From contig JAPLWH010000004.1 in the NCBI GenBank assembly GCA_026396715.1, positions 1-41,121 on the forward strand: DNA of 41,121 nucleotides, written 5' to 3'. Source of the DNA: Candidatus Kaiserbacteria bacterium. Its GTDB lineage: Bacteria; Patescibacteriota; Minisyncoccia; Phycocordibacterales; Phycocordibacteraceae. The position numbers and the translations under genes are program-made. This document shows, piece after piece, positions 38,309 through 41,121 of this stretch. The notes beneath the pieces are model-generated. The model ran no database searches and was not told the DNA's origin. It worked only from the letters and a program-made list of their open reading frames with translations. Each line of letters starts with the position of its first letter. Positions within the stretch are counted from its first letter, which is position 1.

Positions 38309-39292
38309 CTATTCTTGTTTCGCTTCGAATATTGCCCGGATGATGTCATCGATGGGCATTTCGTCTATCACAATGTCATCAATCGGTAGCGGAGAGGCGA
38401 TAAGCGCGGCAGCGACCTCTTTTACCTGTGCGCGCGGCACACGAATCGACGCTTTGACGCCCTGATACTCCTCGACCGTCCCGAAGTTCTCAAATACTTC
38501 TGTCGGCATGATCTCATCGGTCGTGACCGTAATTATTTTTTCCTTTGCATACATGGAAATAAGCGTGGAAAGTTGTCCGTCATAGATGATCTTTCCAAAA
38601 TTGATGATGATGACGCGCTCGCAGAGCTCTTTGATGTCATCCATATTGTGCGACGTCAGGAGTATGGTGGTCTTTTTTTGCCGATTGTACTTTTTTATGA
38701 AATCTCTGATGTTCTTCTGCGCCACGACATCCAAGCCAATGGTCGGCTCATCGAGAAACAGCACTTTCGGACTGTGGAGCAGTGCCGCCACAAGCTCGCA
38801 TTTCATGCGCTGCCCCAAGGACAGTCGCCGCACCGGAATATCCAAAAAGTCTCGTATGCCGAGAAGCTCCACGAGCTCCTCGGTAATGCGGGCGAAATCA
38901 GCGTCGGATACCCCGTAAAATTCCTTAAGGAGCAGGAAGCTGTCCATTGCAGGGAGCATCTTCTCCAACTGGTCCTTCTGCCCCATGACAATGCCGAACT
39001 GCTTCTTAAATTCATTCGCTCTCTCTTGCGGAATACACCCCAACACCCGCACCTCGCCTGAGGTTGGATACAAAATGCCTGAAAGCATCTTGAGCGTCGT
39101 TGTCTTCCCTGCACCGTTCGGACCGAGGAAACCGACAATCTCCCCTTCCTTGATATCGAATGAAATGCCTTGCACCGCCTGAGCGTATTGTTTTTTACGA
39201 TACACGAGGGCCGTAAGCGTACCCCACAAGCCCGCATGCTTGCGGTAAAACTCATACTGCTTTGTTAGATTTTTTACGCTGATGACATTCAT
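38309..39292 (-). CDS. ABC-2 type transporter ATP-binding protein
   Basis: GPNGAGKTT, LSLGQRM, FLDEPTIGLD, LTSH. Confidence 0.93.
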   Translation of the reverse strand: MNVISVKNLTKQYEFYRKHAGLWGTLTALVYRKKQYAQAVQGISFDIKEGEIVGFLGPNGAGKTTTLKMLSGILYPTSGEVRVLGCIPQERANEFKKQFGIVMGQKDQLEKMLPAMDSFLLLKEFYGVSDADFARITEELVELLGIRDFLDIPVRRLSLGQRMKCELVAALLHSPKVLFLDEPTIGLDVVAQKNIRDFIKKYNRQKKTTILLTSHNMDDIKELCERVIIINFGKIIYDGQLSTLISMYAKEKIITVTTDEIMPTEVFENFGTVEEYQGVKASIRVPRAQVKEVAAALIASPLPIDDIVIDEMPIDDIIRAIFEAKQE

Positions 39293-39295
39293 ACG

Positions 39296-40114
39296 TTATG
39301 AGCCGGTGGCCTCGTATCGACGCAGGCCGCGCTGCCATACGATATACAGGATGCCAGACAGGAGCGCGATCCAAACGATCTGGATCAGCACTCAGTGAAG
39401 CCCTTGCCGGAGATCCATCTTTTTCAAGTAGAGCGCGGCCGGAGCGAAGAACGAGTACTGAAATGGAAGATAGGAACTCGCGGTCGCGAGCGTCACAGGG
39501 AGGAGTGTTAGGGGGAAATACCCGCCGGAGAAAAATCTTTTTACCCGATCAAGGGTCGCATAAATCCCCTCCACATCCTCCGTCCAAAAGGCTATGGTGC
39601 CTATAAGGAAACCCAGCAACAGCTCGATGACGAAAGCACAAGACACCATGAGGACGATGAGCACGAGGTATCTGGGATCTGTGTTGATAATGATCTTGTC
39701 CAAAAAGAAGAATAAGATGAGCACTTGCGATACAAGCGATACAACCGTCGAGAGAAACGCCCTCCCCAACTCATGTAAAAATATGAACCGCACATACGAG
39801 ATCGGTTTGACCAAAAACATAGACAATTTCCCGTCGTTTATATCCGTGGCAATGAATCCAGGAAGAAAATTTCGTACTGCCACTGCGCAGAGGTTGCCGA
39901 TGAGCACGTACGTGATCATCTCGTTGAGTGTGAATCCACGTATCGTGCCACCGCCACCCGAGTAGATGGCCGTCCACATTAAAATCAACGCCAGCACTTC
40001 AGCCATCTCGCCTATGCGGTACATCACGACCGTAAAACGATAGTTGAGACCTCTTTGCCAAGCCGTACTGATAATAATGCGTGCTTGTTTTATTTGTTGT
40101 CGTAAATTCGTCAT
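39296..40114 (-). pseudogene. ABC-2 family permease interrupted by one in-frame TGA (39392-39394)
   Basis: The frame continues after TGA as VLIQIVWIALLSGILYIVWQRGLRRYEATGS*, ending 3 nt before the ATPase ATG. Confidence 0.75.
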
Positions 40115-40332
40115 GGGTATACTTCGCGAGAGTCGGTACCATCCTCGAAACGCTCATCTCTCGAAAAGATTTCCATTCGTGCGGTGTTTGTTGGACAAAG
40201 TTCGAAACTATTTCGAGCAAAATCCAAACGATTAAAATGGACTCGGCAGGGCGAAACAATTTGTCTGGGGGAAAGGATTCGCCCTGCCTCGGCTGATTTC
40301 CCGCCCGCAGGAGGGGTCTGGAAATTCGGCGG

Positions 40333-41121
40333 CTAAACAATATGCTTTTCTGGGTAAATATTTGTGCCATCATTTGTTCCATAAAATGCTTCTTTTTTGC
40401 TCAAAAGATTTTTAGCGGCGACAAATCTCTTTTGACCTTTTGCCATTTCCTCATCGAAATTCGCTTCAGTAGTATAAATACTTGGGAATTTTCCCGAAGT
40501 AGCATTCACTGGGTTCGTGGGGTCGTAAATGTAAGTTTTATCACCTTGTCTGATAATTATAAAACTATGTTCTTCGGAAAATTCCTCATCTCTGGTCCAA
40601 AGCACATCGCCGCTAAAATAAGTTGAGGGAACACCTTCTTGTTGTAAATATCCTTGAGCAAGCGCGGCGATTTCCGCACATTCCGCAGTGTTAGCGTTAA
40701 ATAAGTCGCTTAATTTAATTTCTTTCCCCTTTTCGTTATAAATTTTTCGTCGCGCCTCTGCTCTCTCTGGATTATCTGGATATTTCTCTTCAAATTTTTT
40801 AGTGAAAGCAAATAAAGTGGCAAACAATTTCTCATCAATTTCAATTCCTTGTGAACTTAGCCACTCTTTCAATTTAGGTAAATCATACTTACTAGCAAGC
40901 TCGTGAGTTTCTGTGAGAAATTGTTTGAAATTTTCGAAATCGCCAGTAATTTTAATATTTGCTTCGGTAGAAAAAATACTTTCCCCACCAACAGGAATAC
41001 GGTCGCCCTCGTCAAATTTTGAGATTTCAAAACAATGTCCGAAAAGTTGTTTTATTTTTTCTACCTTTTCAACTTCTACTTCCGGTGTAGGAACTTGTTG
41101 CTCTGGATTAGATTGTGGTGC
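40333..41121 (-). CDS. Transglutaminase-like (Cys-His-Asp) protein; start lies beyond the window edge
   Basis: Frame is open from 41121; AECAEIAALAQ..HSFII..YIYDPTNP; strongly AT-rich. Confidence 0.6.
   Translation of the reverse strand, partial: APQSNPEQQVPTPEVEVEKVEKIKQLFGHCFEISKFDEGDRIPVGGESIFSTEANIKITGDFENFKQFLTETHELASKYDLPKLKEWLSSQGIEIDEKLFATLFAFTKKFEEKYPDNPERAEARRKIYNEKGKEIKLSDLFNANTAECAEIAALAQGYLQQEGVPSTYFSGDVLWTRDEEFSEEHSFIIIRQGDKTYIYDPTNPVNATSGKFPSIYTTEANFDEEMAKGQKRFVAAKNLLSKKEAFYGTNDGTNIYPEKHIV

Noticed and set aside
39392-39394. Genome-wide UGA=Gly recoding (code 25)
   Set aside because: TGA is used as a normal stop in infB, lepB, the methyltransferase and DedA, including ATGA overlaps

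Overview
Chromosomal window from a reduced-genome bacterium. Gene content points to a Patescibacteria/CPR (Parcubacteria-like) organism; this is inferred from the VirB2-like pilin array, short IF2, short Rel and degenerate HisRS paralog. The genetic code is standard. It holds housekeeping genes (rel, parB, ahpC, miaA, rpmG, clpB, cysteine desulfurase, infB, rbfA, gyrA, rpsA, pth, lepB, rpsU, ybeY, ftsA, ftsZ, trxB), six tRNAs, six tandem pilin-like genes, a lipid/glycan modification cluster and a few AT-rich accessory genes. The most unusual signals are non-coding. (1) Three copies of a small hairpin element (CCGTTAGA...TCCTAYYTCTAACG) each sit exactly at a start codon and duplicate it (rbfA, solute-binding protein, trxB). 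(2) A conserved, covarying two-hairpin motif lies behind two different tRNAs and is bracketed by sense and antisense copies of each tRNA's own 3' end. (3) At least nine genes have a -10 box 6-7 nt before the start codon (leaderless architecture), and some -10 boxes are shared by divergent genes. An ABC permease carries a single in-frame TGA. All calls come from reading the sequence only; no database searches were run.
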